Assembly (NCBI GenBank): GCA_963767925.1
Contig: CAVYGB010000008.1
Location: forward strand, 2,144,001 to 2,208,000
DNA length: 64,000 nt
Origin: an uncultured delta proteobacterium
GTDB taxonomy: Bacteria > Myxococcota_A > Polyangia > Fen-1088
Direction: 5' to 3'
Both the position numbers and the translations under genes were made by a program. This document shows positions 27,788 to 39,307 of the stretch, piece by piece. The notes below the pieces were generated by a model. The model was not told the origin of the DNA and made no database searches. It worked only from the letters and a program-made list of their open reading frames with translations. Every line of letters starts with the position of its first letter. Positions within the stretch are counted from its first letter, which is position 1.

Positions 27788-30187
27788 GTCGCGCCCAGGT
27801 GGCCGCGCTGGGCGGGGCCCTCACCCTGCTCGGTTGCGCCGGAGCGAGCAGCGAGCGGGTTCCGGCTCGCCCGGAGCCGAGCCCCGACACCGTGGCGGTG
27901 GGGGCCGGCCGCTACACCACCGCGCGGCTGGCCGGGGAGAAGCCGCCCTCCAACCAGCAGGGCCGGCCGGTCGAGCCCAAGGTCAGCCCCGCCTTCACCG
28001 CGGGCAAGGCCGTCCCGACCTCCAACGACTGGTGGTCCTCGCTGATCTGGCAGTTCGACCGGGGCGGCAAGCCCAACCCCTACTCCGAGCCGCTGTTTGC
28101 CCACCCGCTCCACCTGCAGGCGCTGCCCGAGGGCCTCGGGCTGGGCTCGGCGGGCAAGCCCCAGGTCGCCTCCCGCACCTTCTTCTTTCCCTACGTCCAA
28201 GATCTGCGGGTGGGGATCGACGGCCTGGTGGCCCCTGCCGCCCGGGTCAGCGGGTACACCGACTGGACCGTGACGGCCGAGTGGAGCGCCGGCACCCCGG
28301 CGCGGGCCCTCACCGCCACCTTTGGCCACGGCCTGCCCTTCGCTTACTTCGAGGCCACCGGCGGGCCGGCGCTGATCGAGCTGGACGAGCAGGCCGAGGT
28401 GGCCGTGTTCGCCGAGACGCCCGGATCGCTGGGCATCACCGTGGCCGGGCGGCCCTACGGCCTGTTCGTCCCCAGCGGGGCCACCTGGACCCGCGAGCCG
28501 GGTAACCGCCGCTTCCGCAGCGATCTGCGCGGACGGGCAGCCCGCGGCGTCTTCTCGGTGGCGGTGTTGCCCGACGCGGTCCCCGCGACCCTGGCCCGGT
28601 TTCGCCGGCACGCCTTCGCCTTCGTCACCGGCGCGCGGGTCTCCTGGCGCTACGACGCCGCCCGGGCCGAGCTGCGGAGCACCTTCGACGTGGCGACCGC
28701 CCCGCGGGACCCTGCGACCGAGGGTGGCGACACGCCCCTGCTGGCCCTCTACCCCCACCAGTGGAAGAACCTCGGCAGCGAGGCCGGGCCGGCCTCCTAC
28801 CCCTCGCCCCGGGGCGCGATGAAGCTGCTGGCGACCGCGAGCTTCACCACCCGCCTGCCCTTTCGGCGGGGTGCTCCCGGTTTTGCCCCGGCCGCCCGAG
28901 GGCGCCTTCGAGGCCTCCGACCTGGCGGGCCAGGTGCGCGCCGCCGCCCGGGGCGAGCTGTTTCCCAGCGGCCTCGACGGCACCCGGGGGACCTACTGGA
29001 TCGGCAAGTCGCTGCAGCGGGTCGCCCTGCTGGCCTGGCTGGCCGAGCAGGTGGGCGAGACAGCGGTGCGCGCGCGGCTCGTCTCTGCGCTGCAGGGGGT
29101 CCTCGAGGACTGGTTCGACGGCGCCGCCCCGAACCTCTTCTACTACGACCGCACCTGGGCCACGCTCATCGGCCTGCCCTCCGAGTACCGCTCGGGCTGG
29201 GAGATGAACGACCACCACTTCCACTACGGCCAGATCATCTTCGCCGCCGCCACCGTGGCCCGCTTCGATCCGGCCTGGGCGCAGCGACACCCGCTGGGGG
29301 GGCATGGTCGAGCTGCTGATCAAGGACTGCGCCAATCCCGACCGGAGCGACGACCGCTTCGCGTTCTTGCGCAACTTCGACGCCTACGCCGGGCACTCCT
29401 GGGCCAACGGCCCGGCGCTGTTCCCCGAGGGCAACAACGAGGAGTCCTCCTCGGAGGACGTCAACTTCGCCAACGGCGTCCTGCTGTGGGGGACCTTCAC
29501 CGGACAGGCCGTGTGGCGCGACCTGGGCATCTTTCTGCACACCAAGCTCGTCGCCGCCATCGAGCAATACTGGTTCGACGTCGACGGGGACAACTTCCCG
29601 CCGGACTTCTCCCGCCCGACGGTCGGCATGGTCTGGGGCAGCGGCGGCAAATACGACACCTGGTGGGACCGCAACCCCATCTACGTGCACGGGATCAACT
29701 TCCTGCCCTTCACCGGCGGGTCGCTCTACCTCGGCCGGCGGCCCGAATACGTGCGGCGCAACTACCAGGCCCTGTTCGACGCCAACCGGGGCGAGCCGCG
29801 GCTGTGGCGCGAGATCATCTGGATGTTCCAGGCGCTCGGCGATCCGAAGACCGGCCCTCGCCCAGTACGAGAAGAACCCCCACTTCGAGCCGGAGTTCGG
29901 GGTGAGCCGGGCCTACGTCTACCAGTGGCTGCACGCGCTGGCGCAGCTACGGCCAGGTCGACGCCACCGTGACCGCCGACAGCCCGACCTACGCCGTGCT
30001 CCGCCAGGGCAACACCCGCCACCACGTGGCCCTCAACCCGGGTGCCCGGGACCTGCAGGTCCGCTTCTCGGACGGCACGTTCGTGGACCTGGGCCCCCAC
30101 GAGCAGAAGGTCGTGAGCACCCCCATCGCCCCGGCCACGGCCGCCGCGACCGCCGCTCCGACGGCCGCCCCGACGGCTGGCCGATGA
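27784..30187 (+). CDS. GH81 endo-beta-1,3-glucanase lipoprotein, interrupted by four +1 frameshifts (probably sequencing errors)
   Basis: GTGA overlap, lipobox LLGC. PTSNDWWSSL, ATFGHGLPFAY, ALYPHQW, GTYWIGKSL, NDHHFHYG, RNFDAYAGHSWANG, GNNEESSSED, YVHGINFLPFTGGSLYLG. The frame changes near 28862, 29285, 29853 and 29947. Confidence 0.9.
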
Positions 30188-31003
30188 CGGCGTCGACCTC
30201 GAGCCGCTTCGCCGTCCTTCTGGCGCTGGCCCTCGGCGCCCTCGCCTGCGGAGAGGACGCCGGGGGGGCGACCACCTGGCGGCTGGTCTGGGGCGACGAG
30301 TTCGACGGCCCGGCCGGCAGCCCTCCCGATCCGGGGCGCTGGACCCGGGAGGTGGGCGGCCACGGCTGGGGCAACCAGGAGCTGCAGCACTACACCGCCC
30401 GTCGGGAGAACGTCGCCCTCGACGGCGCCGGCACCCTCGTCATCACCGCCCGCCGGGAGCCGATGGGCACGCGCGCCTTCACCTCGGCGCGCCTGTCGTC
30501 ACGGGGGAGATTCGAGCAGCGCTACGGCCGCTTCGAGGCCCGCCTGAAGCTGCCCGGCGGGCAAGGGCTTCTGGCCCGCGTTCTGGATGCTGGGCGGTGA
30601 CATCGGCGAAGTCGGCTGGCCAGCCTGCGGGGAGATCGACGTGGTCGAGTCCCGGGGCGCGCAGCCCTGGCGCGTGTCGGGGGCCCTGCACGGCCCCGGG
30701 TACTCGGGCGGCAACGCCCTGGTCGGCGCCTTCGAGAGGCCGGACAAGCTCCCCCTGTCGGACGACTTTCACGTCTACGCCGTCGAGTGGGAGGAGCGCG
30801 TGATCCGCTTCTTCGTCGACGATCAACTCTACCACGAGGTCCGCCGGACCCGCCTGCCGCCCGCCACCACCTGGCCCTACGATCAGCCCTTCTTCGTGCT
30901 GCTCAACCTGGCAGTGGGCGGCACCTTCGGCGGCCCGCCCGACGACGGCACCCCGTTTCCCCAGACCCTCGTCGCCGACTGGGTGCGGGTGCACACCCGC
31001 TGA
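30184..31003 (+). CDS. GH16 laminarinase-type beta-1,3-glucanase lipoprotein, with one +1 frameshift near 30569
   Basis: ATGA overlap, lipobox ALAC. WRLVWGDEFDG, GWGNQELQHYT, YGRFEARLKLP, [G-L]WPAFWML once corrected, catalytic EIDVVE, FHVYAVEW, PFFVLLNLAVGG. Confidence 0.92.
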
Positions 31004-31007
31004 TCGC

Positions 31008-32282
31008 TCAGCGGCCCTTGCCGCGTTCGCGCCGCGCGGACCGGGCCTTCGCCGCGCCGGACGCGGCCGAGGCCGTGGTCAGCTTCCCGGGGGCCTGCGA
31101 GCCGTCGGCCGACGGCCGGGCCCGGATCATCATGATGTTCGGAGAGGTGGGCTTCCCGTTGACCGCCGCCACCTCCCCCTTGGGCCCCCGCGCCTCCACG
31201 TAATACTGGAGCATCCGGCCCGTGACCTGGGCCGCCGGGATGGCGGCCACGTACCAGCCCTTCTTCGATCGCTCCATCAGCAGCGAGTTGTAGTGGAGGG
31301 CGCCGCTCGGCCGGTAATAGAGGGCCAGCTCCTTGGCCTTCACCTGACTCTGAGCCGCGCAATGGACGAAGACGTCGACGCCCGGAGACCATTCGGCCTC
31401 GGTGGGACAGAACACCGGCTGGGGGACGCTGGTGGGCAGGACGGGACCCTCTCGCAGCTTGTCGCGGCTGAGCTTGTCCTGGCTGACACGCTCCTGACGC
31501 TCCCGGTCCTGGGTCTGGATCTGCTCCCGGCTCTCGCGCTCCTTCTTCTCCCGGTCCCGCAGCTCGGCGAGCTGCTTTTCCAGGTCCTGATTGGCCCGCT
31601 GCAGCCGGTCCTTCTCGTCGCGCTCCTTCTTCTCCCGGTCGCGGGCCTCGGCGAGCTGCTTCTCCAGCTCTTGCTTCTGCTTCTCCACCTGCTCCCGCAG
31701 GTCCCGCTCGCGCCGCTCCCGGTCCTGCAGCACGGCGAGGTCCTTGCCCAGCTTCTCGCGCTCGACCCGCGCCTTCTGCTCTCTCTCCTGGTTCTGCCGC
31801 TCCTGCTCGCGGAGGATTGTCGCGGTCTGCTTCTCCCGGGCCCGGGCCTCGGCCGCCGCCGCTTGCGCCCGGGGATCGACCGCCGGTGCGGGCGCTGCCG
31901 CGCCTTGCCGGGCCCGCTGCAAGGCCCGCTCGACGGTGGGCGTGGCCAGCGGTCCGCTGGCCCGGATGTCGGGCTGGATCCGCAGCGCCAGGCCGAAATA
32001 GCGACCGGCCTTCTCCTCGTCCTTGAGCCCCTCGGCCTGCACGGCGCCCAGGTGCAGGTACACCTGCGCCATGACGGCGTGGGTCTCGAGCCCATTCTCC
32101 TTGCCGATGACGATCGCCTCGAGGAGCTGGTCCTTGGCCCGGGTGGCGTCGCCGGCCTGATAGGCCGCCAGGGCCGCGCTGTCGGCGGCCTCGATCTTCT
32201 TCACCGCCCGCTCGTCGGCGCGGCCGGTCCCGACCAGCGAGATCGACAACAGAATCCCGGCGAACCATGCACGAACCGTCAT
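31008..32282 (-). CDS. Secreted protein with an N-terminal TPR, a central coiled coil and a C-terminal Ig-like domain
   Basis: Signal peptide, AQVYLHLGAV...FGLALRIQP (TPR), E/K/R/Q-rich repeats, LYYRPSG...LQYYVEARG. Confidence 0.75.
   Translation of the reverse strand: MTVRAWFAGILLSISLVGTGRADERAVKKIEAADSAALAAYQAGDATRAKDQLLEAIVIGKENGLETHAVMAQVYLHLGAVQAEGLKDEEKAGRYFGLALRIQPDIRASGPLATPTVERALQRARQGAAAPAPAVDPRAQAAAAEARAREKQTATILREQERQNQEREQKARVEREKLGKDLAVLQDRERRERDLREQVEKQKQELEKQLAEARDREKKERDEKDRLQRANQDLEKQLAELRDREKKERESREQIQTQDRERQERVSQDKLSRDKLREGPVLPTSVPQPVFCPTEAEWSPGVDVFVHCAAQSQVKAKELALYYRPSGALHYNSLLMERSKKGWYVAAIPAAQVTGRMLQYYVEARGPKGEVAAVNGKPTSPNIMMIRARPSADGSQAPGKLTTASAASGAAKARSARRERGKGR
31541..31752 (-). 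repeat. Imperfect intragenic 84-bp (28-aa) tandem repeat, about 3 copies
   Basis: Translates as LGKDLAVLQDRERRERD / LEKQLAEARDREKKERD / LEKQLAELRDREKKERE. The string ccttcttctcccggtc recurs at 31541 and 31625. Confidence 0.65.
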
Positions 32283-32418
32283 CAGCGCCTCCGTCAGGGT
32301 TTCCTGTGGGTGAAGGTTTCAGAGGTATATCCCGGGCTCCCGCCAGGCGATAGGGGGCCAACCCTGCGTTTCGCGCCGCCTCCGGCGCGTCCGCGGATGG
32401 TAAGCTGTTCCGTCACAC

Positions 32419-33837
32419 ATGGTCAGGCGGGCGGTCGCGATCCGGGCTCGGTCCTTGCTGCGCCCCTGGCACGTGCTGGCGCTGCCGCTGCTCGTCGGGG
32501 GCTTGCTTTCCTGCGACGAGCCGTGCTGCTCGATCGACAGCCGGCCCATCCCCCTCGAGAAGGGACCGGCCGGCGAGCTGCTGGTCCGGGTGGCCGGGCC
32601 GGGGGGACCCGATCGAGCCGCCTTCGACACGGGCACCCCGATCACGATCTGGCGCGCGGACGATCCCCTCGCGCCCGGACGGGTGCAGCGGCGTGACCTC
32701 GTGCTGCTGGGTCCGCCCGCCGCCCTGCAACCGGCGCCGACCCGGGCCCTGCTGCGCGGCGTGCTCACCATCGAGGCGCCCCTGGGGCCCCTCGGCACCG
32801 AGGCCAGCCCGATCACGCCGCTCGCCATCTTCGGCGGCGACCTCCTGAGCATGTTCTCGGTCGAGCTGGCCTTTGCCGCGCCGGCCGTCACCTTCTGGCG
32901 CTATCAACCGACCGGAGACGGGTTCCTGGCGGCGGCGGGCTACGCCGTCTTGCACCTACCCCGCCGGGGCGGTGGCCAGCTCGACGCCCTCGATCCACCC
33001 GACCGCCTGGGCCAGCGGGCACCCCATCGCTTCCCCTCGAGCCGCCTGCTGGTGCGGGCCTGCGCCGCCCCCGCTCGCTTCGCGCCGGAGGATCCGCTTC
33101 CCCTGCGCTGCTGCGCCGCCGACGAGGGGCGCCTCAGCTCGGGCGCCGACCTGTCGCTGGTGCTGGCCACCGGCCTCGGTCCGGTCGTGCTCGGGCGCTC
33201 GGCCTGGCAACGGGTGCTCGCCCGCTTGCCGATCGAGATCGAGCCCCTGCTGGTGGAGCGACCGCTCTACGTGGCCAACTCGGCCCGGCCGATGCCCGCC
33301 TCCTGGACGCGCTTGCCCGGCCTGGCCCTGGTCGACCGGGAGGCGGAGCTGGCCGACGATCCCGGCCCCTGCGCCGAGCTGGCGCGCGCGCGACGCCTGG
33401 AGCAGGTCGCCTTCCGCCAGCGCCTCTCCGAGGAGCGAGCGGCCTGCGCTCTGCCCTGCGACCTCGATCCCCGCGACCCCACCCGGGCCCAGAACAGCGC
33501 CGCCTACCTCGAGCTGGCCGCCGAGGTCGACGTCGCCATCGTGGACGATACGAACTTCCTCCTGCACGCTGCCCGCACCGAGGTCCGGCCGGCCGGCCCG
33601 GAGATCGACGGCTTCCTCGGCGCCGCCGCGCTGGCGCAGGCCCGCGTGGAGCTCGACTACGTCTCTCCCCAGCCGCGCGGCATCTTCTCCTGCGAGCCGG
33701 GCGCGCCACCCGCGCAGTGCCGCGCGGTCGCCCGCTGTCCGCGCCTGCCCGGAGCGGGCCAGCGCCGCGCTTGTTTCGGGCTGCCCGCACACGGATTGCC
33801 CAACCTGTGCGAAAATGCCAGTACGTGCGCAGACTGA
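32419..33837 (+). CDS. Cys-rich lipoprotein with aspartyl-protease (retropepsin)-like motifs
   Basis: Lipobox LLSC. AAFDTGTPIT...AIFGGDLLSMFSVELAF, then a second lobe LVLATGLGPVVL...IDGFLGAAALAQARVELDY. Confidence 0.6.
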   Translation: MVRRAVAIRARSLLRPWHVLALPLLVGGLLSCDEPCCSIDSRPIPLEKGPAGELLVRVAGPGGPDRAAFDTGTPITIWRADDPLAPGRVQRRDLVLLGPPAALQPAPTRALLRGVLTIEAPLGPLGTEASPITPLAIFGGDLLSMFSVELAFAAPAVTFWRYQPTGDGFLAAAGYAVLHLPRRGGGQLDALDPPDRLGQRAPHRFPSSRLLVRACAAPARFAPEDPLPLRCCAADEGRLSSGADLSLVLATGLGPVVLGRSAWQRVLARLPIEIEPLLVERPLYVANSARPMPASWTRLPGLALVDREAELADDPGPCAELARARRLEQVAFRQRLSEERAACALPCDLDPRDPTRAQNSAAYLELAAEVDVAIVDDTNFLLHAARTEVRPAGPEIDGFLGAAALAQARVELDYVSPQPRGIFSCEPGAPPAQCRAVARCPRLPGAGQRRACFGLPAHGLPNLCENASTCAD

Positions 33838-34679
33838 TAGCTCTCGTGGGAGCGTTTCTGGTGGCCGGCCCGTGCGGGCCTGAGGCAGCGGCCCAGAGCT
33901 CAGCCCCCCCGGCGGGGTCCGAAGCGGCGGCCGCGGGCGCCGCCCCGCCGCCAGCCGGCCCGACCGGAGCGGCCACCCTCTCCGCCCGCAGCGCCCGGCC
34001 CCGCATGGCCCTCGCGGAGTTCGCCCTGGAGGGCGACGGCCAGTCGCCGGGGATGGCGATGCAGCTCCGCGACGGCTTCCTGATCGGTCTGGTCCGCGAG
34101 GGAATCGACGTCATCGATTCGACCGACGTCGCCAAGCAGCTCGCCGGGTCCCCCGAGCTCAAGGGATGTGAGACCTCCCCCTGCCTCAAGCGGCTGGGGG
34201 AGATGCTCTCGGTCCGCTACGTGCTGCGGGTGAAGATCTCCCTGTCGGGCAACAGCTACCGGATGAGCGCCCGGATGTTCTCCACCGAGGGCGCGGCCCC
34301 CGCCGCCTTGCCGGTCGCGGTGCTGTTCCGGCCTTGCGACGTCTGCACGGTCAACGAGGCGCGTGAGCACATGATCCGCCTCGCCGAGGGGATCCGGTCA
34401 GGGCTCGACGAGCAGAACGCGCCCGCCCCGACACCGCCCCCCCCTCCCCCGCCGCCTCCCCGATCGCAGACGCCCGCCTTCGTCACCATCGCCGCCGGGC
34501 TGGCCGCCATCGTGGGCGGCGCCTTGCTGATCGCGTCCAGCCCCGAGGTCGGGCGGCGCCGCCCGGCGATCGGCGGCGCGGTGGTGGGGCTGGGGCTGGC
34601 CGCCTCGTTGATCGGCGCCCGCGCCACCTTCGAGCTCCGCTCGGCGTCGGCCGCCCCGCGGCGCCCGCCCGAACCGTGA
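33825..34679 (+). CDS. Hypothetical secreted/membrane protein (myxobacterial PEGA-associated type)
   Basis: GTG start overlapping the upstream gene, signal peptide, CETSPCLKRLGEML, CDVC, poly-Pro linker, two C-terminal hydrophobic helices. Confidence 0.65.
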   Translation: MRRLIALVGAFLVAGPCGPEAAAQSSAPPAGSEAAAAGAAPPPAGPTGAATLSARSARPRMALAEFALEGDGQSPGMAMQLRDGFLIGLVREGIDVIDSTDVAKQLAGSPELKGCETSPCLKRLGEMLSVRYVLRVKISLSGNSYRMSARMFSTEGAAPAALPVAVLFRPCDVCTVNEAREHMIRLAEGIRSGLDEQNAPAPTPPPPPPPPPRSQTPAFVTIAAGLAAIVGGALLIASSPEVGRRRPAIGGAVVGLGLAASLIGARATFELRSASAAPRRPPEP

Positions 34680-34874
34680 GGTCACCGCCCTCGGCGCGGG
34701 GTCGCAGGGCAACCTACGTTGTCGCCATCGGTCGCCGGCAGTCGCAGACACCCGCCGATGCGCCCAGGTTCACCTCGATGTGGGAGACAGGTGGCGTCGC
34801 AGGCGCGTACTTGACGGACCTGGGGCCCGCCGCGAAAGCTTGAAGAGGAGGCACGGGTTCGCCGCCTCTGCATC

Positions 34875-36506
<1,632 letters not shown>

Positions 36507-36515
36507 GCTCGCCGC

Positions 36516-37388
36516 ATGCGCGCGACCATGGCTTGCGCCGCCGGCCTGCTGCTCCTCCTGGAAGCGGCGGAGACGCAGGCGCAGACGGAGACCTGTCCCA
36601 CCGACATCCCCGCCGCCTCCCAGGAGCGGCGGGCCCGGGCCAAGGAGTGGTTCGGCCGCGCCGAAGCGGCCGAGAGCGCCGGCGAGCCGATCGCCGCGGT
36701 CAAGGCCTACCAGTGCTCGCTGCGGATGGTGCCGCACGCCTTCACCGCCTTCAACCTGGCCCGACTGGCGGAGAAGACCGGGGATCTCGAGCTGGCGGCG
36801 GAGTCGTACGACGCCTATCTCAAGCTCGCGCCCGAAGCGCCCGATCGAGCGGTGGTCAGCGGCAAGATCAAGATCCTCTCGGATCGGATCGCGGAGCTGC
36901 GCCGCAGCCAGGTGCCCGACCCTCCGCCACCCGATCCCCTCCCCGCCGAGGGCACGCCTCCCGTCGGGCAAGGGCCCACGGTCACCTCCGAGCCGCCGAC
37001 CGACCTGCCCTTGCCCCCGCCGAGCCCGCCCGACACCGAATCGCCGCCTGGGCTGGCCGAGACGCGCCGGCCGCATCCAGCGGTCTACGTGCTCGGCGGC
37101 GTGGCGGTGGGCGCGCTCACCGGCGGTGTCATGCTGAACCTCGGGGCCCGCACCAAGATGGACGAGTGCCGGCGCCTGGCACGCGAGGGCCAGAGCCAGG
37201 CCGCGGGGACCGCCTGCGATGCGGCCAGGCCCCGGGCTTACGCCTCGTACATCCTGCTGGGCGTGGCGGGGGCGACCGCCGTCGCCGATGCCATCTTGCT
37301 GCTCATGAGCACGCGCCCGTCAGAGAACCGGATCACCCTGGTGCCGCTTCCGGACGGCGCCACCTTCCTGGCCCGCCTCAAGTTCTGA
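36516..37388 (+). CDS. Secreted TPR protein
   Basis: Signal peptide, AFNLARLAEKTGDLELAAESYDAYLKLAPEAPDR, Pro linker, C-terminal hydrophobic segments ending ARLKF. Confidence 0.75.
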   Translation: MRATMACAAGLLLLLEAAETQAQTETCPTDIPAASQERRARAKEWFGRAEAAESAGEPIAAVKAYQCSLRMVPHAFTAFNLARLAEKTGDLELAAESYDAYLKLAPEAPDRAVVSGKIKILSDRIAELRRSQVPDPPPPDPLPAEGTPPVGQGPTVTSEPPTDLPLPPPSPPDTESPPGLAETRRPHPAVYVLGGVAVGALTGGVMLNLGARTKMDECRRLAREGQSQAAGTACDAARPRAYASYILLGVAGATAVADAILLLMSTRPSENRITLVPLPDGATFLARLKF

Positions 37389-37419
37389 GCCCGCGAGCGC
37401 CCTCGCGCCTCCGCGGCAC

Positions 37420-38409
37420 TCAGGGAGCCGCCGCGGCGGGCTCGCCGCGAGATCGCAAGGCGGCGGCAAGGACGGCGAGGCGCTGCGAGACCTGCTCGCG
37501 TTCCTCCGGGGAGATCGCCAGCTCGACGACGACGCTCGCGCCGAGAGCCTGGACCTGGGCCCGCTCGAGCACCGATCCCAGGCCCAGGGCCCGGACCGAC
37601 CGGCGCGCGCTGAGCGCCTCGAGCAACTGGGCAAGCTTCATCGCCAGGGCGGCGGCTTCCCCGTCCGCCCGCGTACGCGCCACCGCGATCGCGCGCGCCT
37701 CCGCGGCCAGGGTGAGGCGGGCCGCGATCCAATCGACGCCCTCGGCGTCGCCCACCAGGGCGGTCAGCTCGGCCCGGGTGCTGTCGTCCAGGCGCAACCA
37801 GAGCTCGACCGCGGCCCGGGGGCGGTCCCCGGCGGCTCCCCGGCGGGTGGTCTCCTCGAGCGCGGCCACCGCCTGGGCCAGCCAGGGCTCGGCCTTCGGC
37901 GCGCCGGTGCCCGCCGGCTCGGCCGCCCGCACGGCGGCCTGCACCGCCCAGATCGGCCCCAGCGCCACCGTGCCGCCCAGCGGGAAGGTGACCGCCGCCT
38001 CGGCGTCGGCCAGACCGGCGGCCCGGCCGAAGCGGCGCTCCTGGGCCGAGGGGTGGCGGTCGCGGAAGGAGGCCTCCACCCGCCCGCGATCGAAGCGCCC
38101 CCGCCCCAGCTCGAGCGTGCCGGTGCCGCTGCCCGCGGTCCGCACGTTCGCCAGCAGCCAGCGGTCGACGTCGCCGATCTCGTCGAAGCCCCGGCGCGCG
38201 CGGCCCTCAAGGGGCGCCGCCGTCTCGAGGACCGGCTGGGCCCAGGGCGACCCCCGGAGCTGGGCCACGTCGACCGCCAGCAGCGACTGCAGCGGCCCGG
38301 GCACCAGCGCCATCAGCTCGTCGCGCGGCGTCGCCACCTCCACCGGACGCGGCGGCAGCGGCGCGCAGGCCCCCGCGATCAGCAGGGGCAACAGCGGCCC
38401 GACCCTCAC
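37420..38409 (-). CDS. Hypothetical lipoprotein
   Basis: Lipobox AGAC. GTGA overlap with the tyrA stop. Codon usage typical for this genome. Confidence 0.7.
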   Translation of the reverse strand: MRVGPLLPLLIAGACAPLPPRPVEVATPRDELMALVPGPLQSLLAVDVAQLRGSPWAQPVLETAAPLEGRARRGFDEIGDVDRWLLANVRTAGSGTGTLELGRGRFDRGRVEASFRDRHPSAQERRFGRAAGLADAEAAVTFPLGGTVALGPIWAVQAAVRAAEPAGTGAPKAEPWLAQAVAALEETTRRGAAGDRPRAAVELWLRLDDSTRAELTALVGDAEGVDWIAARLTLAAEARAIAVARTRADGEAAALAMKLAQLLEALSARRSVRALGLGSVLERAQVQALGASVVVELAISPEEREQVSQRLAVLAAALRSRGEPAAAAP

Positions 38410-39296
38410 GGGAAGACCTTGCGGCGCGTGGCCTGACCCTGCGCGAGCAGGGCATGCAGGGCATCGGCGTCATCCCGTTCGAGCGCCGAGCGCAGCTCGC
38501 CCACGCAGGCCTCGAGCTGCTTGACCAGGGGGAGCAGGTGGCGGCGGTTCTCGAGCAGGATGTCCCGCCAGACCATCGGGTTGGAGGCGGCCACCCGGGT
38601 GGAGTCGCGCAGGCTGGTCGGGGGATAGGCGGCCGGCCCGCGCGAGACGAGCAGGTCGGCCTTCTCCTGCAGGCTCGCGGCGAGGGCAAAGGCACCGACG
38701 TGAGGCAGGTGGCTCCCCGCCGCCATGATCACGTCGTGTTCCTCCGCGCCGAGGGTCAACACCCGCGAGCCGAGCGCCTCCCAGAACCGCCGCGCCCGGG
38801 CGACGGTCGCGGGCGCCGCCCCCGGACCCGGGCAGAGAAAACAGGTCTTGCCCTGGTACAGCGTCTCGTCGGCGGCGCCGGGGCCCGAGGCCTCGGTCCC
38901 CGTGAGCGGATGGCAACCGACGAACCGTCCGGCCAGCACGGTCGCCTCGATGGCCGACACAACCGGCGCCTTGACGCTGCCGATGTCGATGACGAGCGCG
39001 TCGGGCGCCACCTCGCTGGCGACCGCGGCGGCGAGCGGCGCCAGGCTGCGCACGGGGCCGGCCAGCACCACCACCTGCGCGCCCCGGACCGCGTCGCTCG
39101 CCCGCGACGCCACCTCGTCGACGATGCCGCGCCGGCGGGCCACCGCCGCCGCCTCGCTGCTCACCTCGTACCCGACCACCCGCAGGCCGGGGAGCGCCCG
39201 CCGGGCCGCCAGGGCCAGCGAGCCACCCATGTACCCCACCCCGAGCAGGGCGAGCGGCGACCAGCTCTCGGCGCGATCGGAGGGCGGGGCGGTCAC
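38406..39296 (-). CDS. tyrA: Prephenate/arogenate dehydrogenase
   Basis: GVGYMGGSLA, DIGSVK, FVGCHPLTGTEASG, EEHD...SHLPH, LRDSTRVAASNPMVWRDILLEN. Confidence 0.93.
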   Translation of the reverse strand: MTAPPSDRAESWSPLALLGVGYMGGSLALAARRALPGLRVVGYEVSSEAAAVARRRGIVDEVASRASDAVRGAQVVVLAGPVRSLAPLAAAVASEVAPDALVIDIGSVKAPVVSAIEATVLAGRFVGCHPLTGTEASGPGAADETLYQGKTCFLCPGPGAAPATVARARRFWEALGSRVLTLGAEEHDVIMAAGSHLPHVGAFALAASLQEKADLLVSRGPAAYPPTSLRDSTRVAASNPMVWRDILLENRRHLLPLVKQLEACVGELRSALERDDADALHALLAQGQATRRKVFP

Positions 39297-39307
39297 GTCG
39301 GGCGCTC

